DNA of 64,000 nucleotides from Octopus sinensis (taxonomy: Eukaryota). Position numbers and translations under genes: made by a program. Shown here piece after piece: positions 63,391 through 64,000 of this stretch. Location: assembly GCF_006345805.1 (NCBI RefSeq), contig NC_043003.1, positions 5,332,001-5,396,000 on the forward strand. Reading direction: 5' to 3'. Below the pieces are notes generated by a model that saw only the letters and a program-made list of their open reading frames with translations, was not told the DNA's origin and did no database searches. Within the stretch, counting starts at the first letter, position 1, and each line of letters opens with the position of its first letter.

Positions 63391-64000
63391 GAATAGAGAA
63401 AGTCACACACAGATAGAAGATGACAGAAAAATGAAGAGAAATAGATGAACCGCCTGAATGGTGGATCAATACCCATGTAGTCAAAAAAATTTCGAAGAAA
63501 ATTGATTACAGACAGAGAGAAATAAATGCAAATTTCCAGAAATCAGATTAAATAAAATAAATTTAATAATTTACAATTTTCCTCTGTGTTATCATGCAGA
63601 TAATGATGTAATGAAATTGTGGACATTGTTTGGAAGGACAATATTCGCTATTTTTGTTTCAGATTGTTATCGACTGATTTCCTTTGCTCTTGTTGCTTGG
63701 TTTCCAGTTCCTGTCAAAAACTACTGATACGGTTTCTATCAGGATTATCGAGTAATTAATCACCTAGAAGTTTAATAAATCTCTTTTTACTATTTCATTA
63801 TACTTCCTAACGTGTGATATTTTATTCTTGCCTCTGAGGTTTTAATTATTCTATTCTTTAATTCTAACCTTCATGGCTAAGACCATGCTGGAGCAAGTTA
63901 CTTTTTAAAATTGGTCTTAACCCTCAAAGATAAAGCTCCGTTTGACTGTTATGTGTAGTTAACATTCAGTATCTTATAACCAGGCCAAGCAATTCTTTCT

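Noticed and set aside
1-64000. The many Y/I/C/V/H/T/M-rich ORFs in the ORF track
   Set aside because: They are translations of (TA)n, (TG)n, (CA)n and (TAA)n tracts that lack stop codons; there is no evidence of coding function.

Overview
AT-rich eukaryotic DNA, almost entirely repeats and non-coding. The mix of long (TA)n/(TG)n/(TAA)n microsatellites and several tRNA-headed SINE families looks like an octopus (coleoid cephalopod) genome; this assignment is from pattern recognition only. No complete host gene is visible. There are one or two candidate exons (59424-59632; weaker at 23106-23249), and nearly all listed ORFs are microsatellite artefacts. Mobile DNA includes a deleted mariner with intact TIRs, a non-autonomous Helitron, a piggyBac-type MITE with a paralogous empty site, a long-TIR MITE, about 11 R4/Dong-like LINE fragments (several next to (TAA)n), RTE fragments, a 5'-inverted CR1/L2-group LINE and four SINE families. 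The most striking hidden layer is roughly 15 type-I hammerhead ribozyme motifs from about 9 sequence families in short Penelope-like (pLTR) units inserted in TA/TG microsatellites. Several units are inverted pairs, some have very long stem II, one family has a recurring non-canonical core, and one pair brackets a copy of nearby genomic DNA. All folds were read by eye and none has been tested.
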